From contig CAWHCF010000050.1 in the NCBI GenBank assembly GCA_963827655.1, positions 64,001 to 128,000 on the forward strand: DNA of 64,000 bases, given 5' to 3'. This stretch comes from an uncultured Acidobacteriota bacterium (GTDB lineage: Bacteria; Acidobacteriota; UBA6911). The first letter of the stretch is position 1, and each line of letters begins with the position of its first letter. Under the pieces are notes generated by a model that ran no database searches, had not been told where the DNA came from, and saw only the letters and a program-made list of their open reading frames with translations. Of the stretch, positions 37,104 to 46,665 are shown piece after piece. The position numbers were made by a program, and so were the translations under genes.

Positions 37104-38351
37104 TTGCTGCGAAGAGAGTTCCTTAGTTATTTCGCGTCGAGCTATTCGCTCTGGCTTCGAGACGCCCGGGCAGCCGGCACCTCGCGGGTTCCCAAGCTGA
37201 AAATCACGGCTATCAAGGCGCTTCGGCTCCGCGACCTGAATAATCATTTCGTTCGCGTCTACACCGATCAAGGACTACACGGAACGGGCGAGACCTTTGA
37301 CACCATCGGCGTCACCGAGATCGTGAACGGCTATCTCGGACCTGCGCTGGCGGGCCGCGATCCTCTCGATATCGAAGCCATCTACCAGGATCTTTGGACC
37401 ACGCAGGTTATTCCCGGCGGACAGCGGCCTGCATTCATGCGGGGCATGGGCGGCCCCTATCTCAGCGCGGTGAGCGCTACGGAGATGGCCTTGTGGGATC
37501 TTGCAGGCAGGGCTCTCCAGGTGCCGGCCTATCGATTGTTTGGCGGCAAGGTGCGCGACAAGGTCGCCGTCTACTTCCCGTCGAACAGCGCGGCGCGGGC
37601 CGCTGAGGTTGTGCGCTCAACCGGAGTCCGCGCCGTAAAGCTCGCCGCCGACGAAGTCCTGGAGCGGCTGAAGGCGGAAGGTAAGGTCTCGAACCTCTTC
37701 GATCCGGCGAGATCGGCGGGCCTGCGGCTGACGACCGCCGAGATCGACGCTCTGGCGGGAGTGGTGGCGTCCGTGCGCGAGGCGGTCGGACCCGGGATCG
37801 GAATTGCGGTAGATGCGCATACCAAGTTCGACACGGAAAGCGCCATCCAGCTGGCGGTGGCGCTGGAACCGTACCGGTTGCTCTGGTTGGAAGAGCCGGT
37901 GCCGAGCGACAACCGGGACGCACTTGCCGAGGTGAGGCGCCGGACCCGCACCCCTATTGCCTGCGGCGAGAATGTCTACACACGCTACGGCTTTCGAGAG
38001 ATCCTGGAGAGGCAGGCAGCGAGCATCATTCAGCCCGATGTAGGCAAGTGCGGCGGTTTGTGGGAGGCTCGAAAGATCGCGGCGCTGGCTGAAATCCATT
38101 ACGTTCCGGTCGCGGCCCACGGCGTATTTTCGCCGCTGGGGACCATGGCGTCCGCTCAATTCGGCGCGTCGATTCCCAACTTCATGATCCAGGAATGGGC
38201 GCGCTTCCTGCATCCGGTCATCAACAAGATCGCCGCGCCCCTGCCTTATAGCGCCGGATATCTCGAGATTCCCGACTCGCCGGGGCTGGGTGTGGAGTTG
38301 AAGGACGAGGTACTTCAGGAACTGGCGGCGCCGGGGTCGCCGCGCTTGTGA
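37104..38351 (+). CDS. Mandelate racemase/galactonate dehydratase-like enolase-superfamily enzyme with Tat signal
   Basis: RREFL, EMALWDLAG, VDAH, WLEEP, GEN, QPD, H and E catalytic positions. Confidence 0.88.
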   Translation: MLRREFLSYFASSYSLWLRDARAAGTSRVPKLKITAIKALRLRDLNNHFVRVYTDQGLHGTGETFDTIGVTEIVNGYLGPALAGRDPLDIEAIYQDLWTTQVIPGGQRPAFMRGMGGPYLSAVSATEMALWDLAGRALQVPAYRLFGGKVRDKVAVYFPSNSAARAAEVVRSTGVRAVKLAADEVLERLKAEGKVSNLFDPARSAGLRLTTAEIDALAGVVASVREAVGPGIGIAVDAHTKFDTESAIQLAVALEPYRLLWLEEPVPSDNRDALAEVRRRTRTPIACGENVYTRYGFREILERQAASIIQPDVGKCGGLWEARKIAALAEIHYVPVAAHGVFSPLGTMASAQFGASIPNFMIQEWARFLHPVINKIAAPLPYSAGYLEIPDSPGLGVELKDEVLQELAAPGSPRL

Positions 38352-38731
38352 GAGGTCGAGCCCGAGACAAGCTCATTCCACTCTCGGTCGTGCCGGCGCA
38401 TTTCCTCGTCCTGTGCCTGAAGCTCCTGAGCGTACTTGCGGATGCGCGGGTCGGAATGCGTGAGATAACGCTCGAAGGCCTTCCGTTGCTTTCGGCGGAT
38501 GAACCCTTCCCAGCTAACCAGCCGCTCGAGGTCGTGGAGATCCTGTCGATACGCCAGTTCTTCCTGTCCGAGTCGAGAACAGTCCTGGCAGAGGTGACGA
38601 GCGTGCCCGTGCCCGGAAAAGCGCTCGTGCGCACGGATCGTTCCGCAGCACCAGCAGAAGTGACCGCGCTTCTTCTTTCCCCGCTTCACCGGCCGAGCAT
38701 CCTTCCTCGGTCGTGTGGGCGATTTACCCAC
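38315..38731 (-). CDS. Hypothetical Cys/His-rich (zinc-binding-like) protein
   Basis: GHFCWCCG..RAHERFSGHGHARHLCQDC; overlaps the end of the convergent gene by 37 bp. Confidence 0.55.
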   Translation of the reverse strand: MGKSPTRPRKDARPVKRGKKKRGHFCWCCGTIRAHERFSGHGHARHLCQDCSRLGQEELAYRQDLHDLERLVSWEGFIRRKQRKAFERYLTHSDPRIRKYAQELQAQDEEMRRHDREWNELVSGSTSHKRGDPGAASS

Positions 38732-38786
38732 CTGTTAACAACGCGGGCAAGGTCAGAGAAGGAAACCGAGACACCGGATCTCCATT

Positions 38787-39188
38787 TCACCTTATCCATG
38801 CCACAGTGATTTCCCGCTCCACGAGCTTGAAATCCGGGTCGCTTGTGATTAGTTCGGCCTTCTTTGCCTTGCTAAGGGCGGCGGCGAAGGCATCGGCGAG
38901 GCCAAGGCCATGCTCGGTTTTGAATCGCGCGGCCAACTCAGCCAGCTCGCGGTCGAGCGCAGCCACTTCGAGCGGCATGGTCCGCTCGAATCTTTTGGCG
39001 GCCTCGGTGCCGTTTGCGCCTCGCTTCCGCTGCATCCGGTAGAGAACTTCACACCAGTTTGCTGCCGTGATGAGAAGGGGCTTGTCAGCCTCGGCGGCCT
39101 TGAGAAGCAAGATCTCTACTCTCTCCGCGCCGGGCTCGTCGAAAAATAGCGCTAGCACCGCCGAAGCATCAAGGACAGTGGTTTTCAT
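38787..39188 (-). CDS. vapC: VapC-type PIN domain toxin
   Basis: VLDASAVLA, NWCEV, LGLADAF, LITSDPDF. Confidence 0.88.
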   Translation of the reverse strand: MKTTVLDASAVLALFFDEPGAERVEILLLKAAEADKPLLITAANWCEVLYRMQRKRGANGTEAAKRFERTMPLEVAALDRELAELAARFKTEHGLGLADAFAAALSKAKKAELITSDPDFKLVEREITVAWIR

Positions 39189-39267
39189 GAGCCTTCATTC
39201 TTGTGACGGGCCATCGTTGTCATGGTGTTTGATAAGGGCTGTCGCATTGTTTCAGCGCGTCCGGCTT

Positions 39268-39516
39268 TCAGGATTCCTCGCGCTTGCGCTCCGCGGCGCG
39301 ATCCTCGCGCAGTTCCTGAGTAGCGGGCTTCTCGCCAGGCTTGAGTTTGAAGATGCCGCGAAAACTGCGGATGTACTCGCGGGTGACCGGTTGAAGGATG
39401 ATGCGCCCATTCTCCTCCAGGAAGTTAATACGGGTGCCGGGCTTGATGCCATAGCGCCGTCGTATCCCCGATGGCACTACTAACTGACCCTTCGATGTGA
39501 CATAGGCGGTGTGCAT
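39268..39516 (-). CDS. AbrB/MazE-family antitoxin
   Basis: MHTAYVTSKGQLVVPSGIRRRYGIKPGTRI; upstream of the PIN toxin. Confidence 0.85.
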   Translation of the reverse strand: MHTAYVTSKGQLVVPSGIRRRYGIKPGTRINFLEENGRIILQPVTREYIRSFRGIFKLKPGEKPATQELREDRAAERKREES

Positions 39517-39632
39517 GTCTTTGTCTTTCCTCTTTGGATAAGATAGCACCTGTTTAAAAGTAAGGCAATGAGCTCAGGTAAGACACTTCTGAAAAATAGC
39601 CACCCCTTCGACCCACCGGCGTCTGCCTTCTC

Positions 39633-40479
39633 CTACTGCTTTACCGCCGGGAGCGACTGGCCGCGCATGTCCGACCACAGGTCGCCGACGTCGGCGATGC
39701 GGCCGGCCATCGTCCGCAGCGTGAATGTCCGGGGGCCGACCTCGCCGCGTTCGAGCTCCTCCCACGTGCACGGCGCGGACACGGGCGCGCCGGGCTTCGC
39801 CCGCACGGCGTAGGGCGCGGCGAACGTCGCGCTGTAGCCGTTGCGTCCGGTGTCGACCAGGATGCGGCCGCCGCGATCGGCCTTGCTGAACTCCTGGGTG
39901 AGGTGCTGCGGATCGCGCTTGACCAGGATCGTACCGACGGCGTGTGCGAACCTCGAGACCTCGCCGAAGCCGGCCTTGCCGTCGAGCGGGACGACGATGT
40001 GGAACCCCTTGGAGCCCGATGTCTTCACCCAGCTGGTCAGAGCCAAGCTCATTCAGGAGGTCGCGAAGCCCGAGCGCTGCCGCGCGCAGGACGTCCGGCT
40101 CATCTTCGGACGGGTCGAGGTCGAAGACGCAGATGTCGGGCTGGTACAGGTTCGGCGCGCGGGACGTCCACACGTGCGGCGTGATGCTGTTCTGGTTGGC
40201 CAGCCAGAGCAGCGATCGCGTGTCGCAGACGAGTGGATGGTGCACCGTCCCGCCTTTCTTCGGAACCTCGACGCGCTCCAGCCACTCGGGAAAACCTTTC
40301 GAAACGTCCTTCTGCATGAAGCCCTGCTCGCCGATGCCGGCCGGGTAGCGCTCCATCGTGACCGGACGCGCGCGGATGTGCGGCAGCATGATCGGCGCGA
40401 TCGCTTCGTAGTAGGAGGCGAGCTCGCCCTTGGTGATCCCGTCGTCCGGGAACAGCACCTTCTCGGGGTGCGTGATCAC
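39633..40479 (-). CDS. LigD-type primase-polymerase domain protein; frameshift near 40045
   Basis: ITHPEKVLFP, RYP.G, FDLDP in one frame; KTSGSKGFHI and AKPGAPVSAP in the next; GTGA overlap with the ligase. Confidence 0.85.
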
Positions 40480-41354
40480 GCCATCTCCCTCACGACCTCG
40501 CGTGCCGACTTGTCGGTGCGGACGCCGAGCAGCCGGGGATGGCGCAGCTTGCCGTGCACCGTCCATTCGATGAAGGCGACCTGCACGACGATCTCGGGAC
40601 GCACCCAGTGCGCGCGCAGGCGCGGCAGCCCGACGGCCTTGGTGAACGGCGGCGTCGCGATCTCGAGCGTATCCAGCCGCGCGCGGAGGTCCAGCAGCAG
40701 CTTCGTGTCGAAGCCCGTGCCGACCTTCCCGGCGAAGACGAAGTCGTCGTGGTCGAAGTAGCCGACGAGCAGCGCGCCCAGGCCGACCCGTCCGCCCTGC
40801 GGATCGGTGAACCCGCCGACCACGAGCTCCTGCGTCGCCTCGCACTTCATCTTCAGCCAGTGCGGCGAGCGGCGGTGCTCGTAGGGCGAGTCGCGCCGCT
40901 TCGCGATGACGCCCTCCCAGCCCTCGCTGCACGCGCGCTCCCACGGTTTGGCATCTTCGAGTGAAGCCACGCGCTGCAGCGGCGACCGAAGGGGCAACTG
41001 GCTCAAAAGCGCGCGCCGGGCATCGAGCGGCAGCGACGTCACGTCGCGGCCGTCGAGCCAGAGGATGTCGAACACGTGGTAGGCGGTCTCACCCTGCTTG
41101 CCCCACACGCCGGTGGCCTCGCCATCGAGGATCACGTCGTGCACCGGAAGGTTCGCGATGGCCTCGACGACGGAAGGGTAGGACCCGTTCTGCGGCAGCC
41201 GGTTGCGCGACAGGAGGCGGACATCGAGTCCATGTTTGAACGCGAGCAGGCGGATGCCGTCGAGCTTGCGCTCGAAGATCCACTCCGGCCCGGTGAACCG
41301 CTCCTGGGTGAGGGTCGCGGCCATCGGCTCGACCCATTCGGGAAACGCTAACAT
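40476..41354 (-). CDS. ATP-dependent DNA ligase (LigD/LigC ligase domain)
   Basis: EPMAA, ERKLDGIR (KxDG), LDGE, EGVIAK, WLKMK, VGTGF, LRHP. Confidence 0.92.
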   Translation of the reverse strand: MLAFPEWVEPMAATLTQERFTGPEWIFERKLDGIRLLAFKHGLDVRLLSRNRLPQNGSYPSVVEAIANLPVHDVILDGEATGVWGKQGETAYHVFDILWLDGRDVTSLPLDARRALLSQLPLRSPLQRVASLEDAKPWERACSEGWEGVIAKRRDSPYEHRRSPHWLKMKCEATQELVVGGFTDPQGGRVGLGALLVGYFDHDDFVFAGKVGTGFDTKLLLDLRARLDTLEIATPPFTKAVGLPRLRAHWVRPEIVVQVAFIEWTVHGKLRHPRLLGVRTDKSAREVVREMA

Positions 41355-41374
41355 TGGTCAGGCGTACTTCGCGT

Positions 41375-41443
41375 TTCTTGGTGTCTTCGCGTCTTTGTGG
41401 TTAGTGCGCGAAATCAAAAGAGAACCGCGAAGACACGAAGAAA
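41375..41443. repeat. Nonamer-periodic inverted repeat
   Basis: TTCTTGGTGTCTTCGCGTCTTTGTGGTT...AACCGCGAAGACACGAAGAA. Confidence 0.65.
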
Positions 41444-41494
41444 CGGTAGGTTTCCGGTTTGATTTGCCGGAGAACGTCCGGCCCGACTCGGAGC

Positions 41495-42943
41495 TTACGC
41501 GAGGATCTCGCGCACTACACGCGCCGGAAACTCGTCGGTGACTCGCTCGTGCCGTCCGTCTCGCTCGAAGAACAGGTCCCGGTGATTCAAGCCTGCCAGG
41601 TGGAGGATGGTCGCGTGGAAATCGTGCACGCTGACTCGATTTTCCACCGCCTTGTAGCCGATCTCATCCGTAGCCCCGTACACCGTGCCTCCTTTAACGC
41701 CGCCGCCGGCGAACCAGACGGTGAATCCGGAGGGTCCGTGGTCACGGCCTGCGCTGGCCCCCGGAGACTGCGCGATGGGCAGCCGGCCGAACTCACCACC
41801 CCACACCACCAGCGTGCTATCCAGGAGGCCGCGCTGTTTCAGATCAGACAGCAAGGCGCCGATCGGCTTGTCGGTTTTGCCGCAGGAATATTGAAGGTCT
41901 TTGACTATGTTGAAGTGGTTGTCCCAGATCTGCGTCTCGATGTAAATCTGCACCAGCCGCACGCCTCTTTCCACCAGCCTCCGGGCCATCAAGCATCTTT
42001 TCCCATAGGAAGCCGTCAGCTCATTATTCAGCCCATACATCTCGCGGGTGGCTTCGCTTTCTTTGGAGATGTCGAGCGCGTCGGTAGCTGCCAGTTGCAT
42101 GCGGGCAGCCAGTTCGTAAGATGCGATCCGCGCATCCAGGTCGGGCTGGTTCGGCCGCTGGGCGCGATGCGCCGCATCCATGCGGTGCAGCAGGTTGCGC
42201 GTCAGCTCTACCACCGGGCTCGGCGGCGGTTCCGACGGCTGCAGGTTCAACAGCGGCGCCCCTTCGGACCGGACCCGCGTGCCCTGAAAGACACCGGGCA
42301 GATAACCCGCCTGCCAGCTCTGGATGCCGTTGATCGGAAGTCCCTTGGGATCGTCCAGCACGACATAGGCAGGCAGATCCTGACTCTCGCTTCCGAGTCC
42401 GTAAACGATCCAGGCGCCCAGCGAAGGCCGGCCGGGCAGCATGCGGCCCGAGTGAATAATAAACAGCGCGGCCTCGTGCGCCAGGTGGGTCGTGTACATG
42501 GAACGGATGATCGCCATGTCGTCCACGTGCCGGGCGATGTGCGGCAGAAGTTCGGAAACTTCGATGCCCGCCTGGCCGTGCCTGGCAAACTTGAACGGAG
42601 AAGGCATCAGCCCGCCCGCCTCGCGGACGGCCCGGACCTCGCTCGTCAGATCGCGGCTCGGCGGCTGGCCGGCATGCTTTTCGAGCGCCGGCTTATGGTC
42701 GAACAGATCCACCTGGCTTGGTCCGCCGTTCATGAAAAGCTGGATCACCGCCTTCGCTCGCGCCGGGTGATGCGCGGGCTTGGGCTTGAGATCGTGGATC
42801 CGGGGCGCTGCTGCGGCAAGGCCGGGATCCGCGTGAACCAGATCCTTGCCGAGAAGGCACGCGAGCGCGGTCCCATGAAGCCCGTCGACAATCGAGGAAA
42901 AGAATCCGCGTCGTGTGGTTCTCAGGACAGCGTCAGTCGACAT
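41495..42943 (-). CDS. DUF1501 domain protein (Tat signal)
   Basis: TRRGFF, LFMNGGPSQVDLFD.KP, SYELAARMQ, RRLVERGVR, GEFGR, GRDH. Confidence 0.92.
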   Translation of the reverse strand: MSTDAVLRTTRRGFFSSIVDGLHGTALACLLGKDLVHADPGLAAAAPRIHDLKPKPAHHPARAKAVIQLFMNGGPSQVDLFDHKPALEKHAGQPPSRDLTSEVRAVREAGGLMPSPFKFARHGQAGIEVSELLPHIARHVDDMAIIRSMYTTHLAHEAALFIIHSGRMLPGRPSLGAWIVYGLGSESQDLPAYVVLDDPKGLPINGIQSWQAGYLPGVFQGTRVRSEGAPLLNLQPSEPPPSPVVELTRNLLHRMDAAHRAQRPNQPDLDARIASYELAARMQLAATDALDISKESEATREMYGLNNELTASYGKRCLMARRLVERGVRLVQIYIETQIWDNHFNIVKDLQYSCGKTDKPIGALLSDLKQRGLLDSTLVVWGGEFGRLPIAQSPGASAGRDHGPSGFTVWFAGGGVKGGTVYGATDEIGYKAVENRVSVHDFHATILHLAGLNHRDLFFERDGRHERVTDEFPARVVREILA

Positions 42944-45872
42944 AGAGAAACTCCGCCGAGTTCAAGACAGTGTGGCAGAAACCAGCCATCGCGAGCCACC
43001 GGGCTCGGTACGAGGCCGGCTCGGCCGGCTTCTCGGCCTGGAGCTTGTGCTCCCAGGCCTCCCGCAAGCCCTTGATGGCGGTGATAGCGGCGGCCGCCTC
43101 GACGTCCGAGGGCCGGCGTGAAAGCGCCGCCAGGTACACGCGCTCTACCTGCCGGGCCAGATCCTCACCGCCGGCATCGATGACACGGCCGGCCATGTAT
43201 TGCGCGCTCTTCACGGCCAGGTCGCTGTTCATCAGTTGCAGCGCCTGCAGAGTAACCGTGGACTGACCGCGCTTGATGCAGTTCGGGTTCAGCAATGGAG
43301 CATCGTACACTTCCAGCACCGTGACGGGGCTGGAACGCCGCTGCAGGAGGTAGATGGCCCGGCGGTAGCCTTGCGCGGTCGGCACGCCAAACACTTCGCC
43401 ATCGCCCTTGCGATCGATCTCAGCCGGAGGGCCGAACGGAGTTTCGTCGAGCCGGCCGGTCACCTTCAGCAGGGAGTCATGTACGGCCTCGGCATCGAGC
43501 CGGCGGAACGGAAACCGCGACAGCAGCCGGTTGTCGGCGTCTGCCGCATGCCGGGTTTCGTCGTACCGCGAACTTTGCCGGTAAGCGTTTGACGTCATGA
43601 TCAGGCGGTGAAGGTATTTCATGCTCCAGCCCTGGCGTACAAACTCGGTCGCCAGCCAATCCAGTAACTCGGGATGCGTCGGCGCCAGACCCGCCTTGCC
43701 GAAGTTTGCCGCGCTGGCCACGAGGCCGGTTCCGAAGTGATACTGCCAGACCCGGTTCACCAGCACCCGCGTCGTCAACGGATGATTCGGCTGCGTCAAC
43801 CAGCGCGCAAAGGCGAGGCGCCGGCCGCTCGTGCCACTCTGGTGCGCGGGCTTCTCGACTTTGTAGGCGGGCAGCGCCGCACTGAGCACGGAGGGCGGCC
43901 CGGGCTCGACCAGCGCGCCCGGATTGTTGACATCGCCGCGCAGCAGGATCCGGTTCGGAGTCGGTTCCCCGCCCATGTCGAAAAGCGCTCGAATCCTGGG
44001 AGCCGGCCGCAGCTTGGCTCTCTCGGCGGCGATCTTCGGTTGGATCTGCCGCGCCAATTCACGGTAGTCGTCGAAGCGATTCAATTCCTGGCCCGAAACC
44101 TCGAGCGCCGTCTTGAACTTTTCCACCAGGTACTTCTGCAGCTCGGTCCGCTTTTCCGCCGGAGTGTCGGCCGCTTGCTGTAGATCCTTTCGAACCTCCG
44201 CCGGCAGTTTCTCGAGCTTCTCCGCTCGAAGCTTCAGGCGCAGCGGCGCCGCCTTCGCGTCCAGCGTCTTCTGGAGTTCTTCGATCCGCTGGTTTATGGG
44301 CGCGTTGTGGATCTCGTTCTGACGCTCTTCTTCCGGTGCATGGTAGGCGACGTCCCGGATATCGTCGTCGCCACACTTGGCGCCGACGCCCAGGCATCTG
44401 TTCGGCACCCGCCAGTCGTACGGATCGTACGCCGTCTGGAGAATGGCGCTCAGGCGATAGTAATCGCGCTGGGGAACCGGGTCATACTTGTGATCGTGGC
44501 ACTGGGCGCACGCGATAGAGAGGCCGAGCACGGCCGTCCCGAGAGTCTCCATCTCGCCGGCGACCGTGTCGTGCCGGTCCGCCAGAAAATTCTGCTCCGT
44601 GCTGTAAGTGGAGTCCGGAGCCATGCGCAGGAAACCGGTCGCCACCAGTTTCTCGGCTTGTTCCGGCGTGTATTGCTTGGTCGCCTTATAGTCAAACATT
44701 TCATCGCCTGCAATCTGCTCGGTCAGGAACTGATCGTATGGCTTGTCGCTATTGAGAGCGCGGATGACGTAGTCGCGATAGCGCCACGCATGCGGGCGGA
44801 TCGTGTCGGCCGAAACCGCGCCTTCCGAATCGGCGTAGCCGGCCGCGTCCAGCCAGTACTTCGCCCATCGTTCTCCGTGCCGCGGCGATTCCAGCAACCG
44901 GTCGATCATTTTCTCGTAGGCGTTGGGGCTTCGGTCCGCTTCATAGGACTCGATCTCTTCGGGCGCAGGAGGCATACCGATCAGGTCGATGTAGGCGCGC
45001 CGCATCAACACCAGCGGATTGGCCGGTTTCGAGAACGTCATGCCCTTTTGTTCCAGTTGCGCGAGAAGGAAGGCGTCCAGCGGGTTCCGCACGAGGGTCG
45101 CCGCGCGCACAGAAGGGACGGCCGGCCGCGCCGGAGGCCGGAAAGCCCAGTGCTGCCGGTCCTGGGCGCTCACCAGCGGATCCGAGTCAGGGCGCACCTC
45201 GATCGGCTTTTCGTTATCCGGGGGCGCGCCGGCCGCAATCCATGTCTTCAATTTGGCAAATTCATCATCGGTCACTCCACGAACCGAGTACTGCTCCTGG
45301 AGCTCCGCCGGCGGCATCTGCTGCCCGCCGATTTTCTTCACGATCAGGCTTTCATCCGGTTTTCCCGGAACCATCGCCGGTCCCGACTTCCCGCCGCGCA
45401 GCAGGCTTTCGCGGGTGCGCAGATCGAGGCCGGCCTGTTGCGTGCGCCGGCCGTGGCACACGAAGCACTTCGCGCCCAGGATCGAGGAGAACACGTCGCG
45501 CTCGGACACGAGCCGGGCAGCTTCTCGCTCTCCTTGTTTCAAGGCGCCCGCGTCGATCCAGCGCCGGAGCAGGGCAATCTCCTGCTCATCCAGTTTCGCC
45601 CCGCCCATCGGCATCTTGCCGGAATTGACCAGAGTGAGCAGGATGCTCTCGGCGGGCCTCCCTGGCACGACGGCAGCACCCGTCTTGCCGCCGCGCAACA
45701 CGTCGTCGCGGGTTTCGAGCGAAAGGCCGCCCTGCCGAGTGCCGGCGCTGTGGCAAGCAAGGCACCTGGTTTTGAGGAGCGGAAGAATGTGAGATTCGAA
45801 ATGCAATGGCGAATCGGCCGAGAGCAATTGCCAGCCCAGCAGCATGAGCCACGTGGTGGGGATGGAGATCAT
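42933..45872 (-). CDS. PSD1 and planctomycete cytochrome c domain protein (DUF1549/DUF1553), two N-terminal cytochrome domains
   Basis: [47 protein letters not shown]. Confidence 0.92.
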   Translation of the reverse strand: MISIPTTWLMLLGWQLLSADSPLHFESHILPLLKTRCLACHSAGTRQGGLSLETRDDVLRGGKTGAAVVPGRPAESILLTLVNSGKMPMGGAKLDEQEIALLRRWIDAGALKQGEREAARLVSERDVFSSILGAKCFVCHGRRTQQAGLDLRTRESLLRGGKSGPAMVPGKPDESLIVKKIGGQQMPPAELQEQYSVRGVTDDEFAKLKTWIAAGAPPDNEKPIEVRPDSDPLVSAQDRQHWAFRPPARPAVPSVRAATLVRNPLDAFLLAQLEQKGMTFSKPANPLVLMRRAYIDLIGMPPAPEEIESYEADRSPNAYEKMIDRLLESPRHGERWAKYWLDAAGYADSEGAVSADTIRPHAWRYRDYVIRALNSDKPYDQFLTEQIAGDEMFDYKATKQYTPEQAEKLVATGFLRMAPDSTYSTEQNFLADRHDTVAGEMETLGTAVLGLSIACAQCHDHKYDPVPQRDYYRLSAILQTAYDPYDWRVPNRCLGVGAKCGDDDIRDVAYHAPEEERQNEIHNAPINQRIEELQKTLDAKAAPLRLKLRAEKLEKLPAEVRKDLQQAADTPAEKRTELQKYLVEKFKTALEVSGQELNRFDDYRELARQIQPKIAAERAKLRPAPRIRALFDMGGEPTPNRILLRGDVNNPGALVEPGPPSVLSAALPAYKVEKPAHQSGTSGRRLAFARWLTQPNHPLTTRVLVNRVWQYHFGTGLVASAANFGKAGLAPTHPELLDWLATEFVRQGWSMKYLHRLIMTSNAYRQSSRYDETRHAADADNRLLSRFPFRRLDAEAVHDSLLKVTGRLDETPFGPPAEIDRKGDGEVFGVPTAQGYRRAIYLLQRRSSPVTVLEVYDAPLLNPNCIKRGQSTVTLQALQLMNSDLAVKSAQYMAGRVIDAGGEDLARQVERVYLAALSRRPSDVEAAAAITAIKGLREAWEHKLQAEKPAEPASYRARWLAMAGFCHTVLNSAEFLYVD

Positions 45873-46532
45873 CTGTTACTCTCGAAGTACTCCAATACCA
45901 TTAAGACGCGAAGACACAAGAAAACACCCAGATCTTACTTCATCCCGGCCAGGTGCGACCAGTTCGATAATCGGTAGCTGTCAACGGCGAGCTTCTCGAC
46001 GGAGCCTTCGGCCACCAGCTTATCGAGGCGGTCCTGGAGCTTCCGCGATTCCCACAGAAACTCCCGCAGTCCCGCCACACCGAAGCGAAGCTCACCGGGC
46101 TGTGCGCGCTGCATATTCTGGATCTTCTGGAGAAGCCGCTCGGCATCGCGCGCGCGCACCCAGGCTGGTTCGGTCAGGCCCGCCCTGCCTGAGTCTCGCC
46201 GGGGCGGACCGGGCCCATCCGTCCAGAAAGGTGGAAAAAAACCGATCTGCCATTCGGACAGTGCTCGCTGCCGATTCGCCCGGGAGGGCACGAATAGCCG
46301 CCGGCACGTGAAGCGCGGGCCGAGAGTTTGCGATAGCATGGACCTGGGCGACGGGTCATTGAGACCGTCGCAAGCCCCTCAGTCGCGTCCCTTGCCTGTA
46401 GTGTGGCTCGGGAGCAGTCGCTACGCTTGCCCGTCGGCGACATGTCCTTCGACCCTTGTCAGCGCAAGTAGCGTAACCATTCGTGATCGGACCATTACAG
46501 CCTTAGAGAGTTCTGTGTGCCCTTCGGGGGCC

Positions 46533-46560
46533 GGACGGGCTTGATAGCCCGTCCGCACAT
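46533..46560 (-). repeat. REP-like hairpin GGACGGGC-TATCAA-GCCCGTCC
   Basis: Identical to the copies at 5564, 32852, 36756 and 60482. Confidence 0.85.
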
Positions 46561-46665
46561 AAACACGGCGACTCTGAATCGCAAAAACCGATAGCGATCA
46601 TTGACGCAGCCGCATACCGGGATGTAGCCTTGGTTGATTTTCATCGAGCGGCGTCAAAGAGAGCG

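Noticed and set aside
45935-46339. 134-aa minus-strand ORF
   Set aside because: The C-terminal half looks protein-like and may be a gene remnant, but there is no clear start, RBS or family motif.
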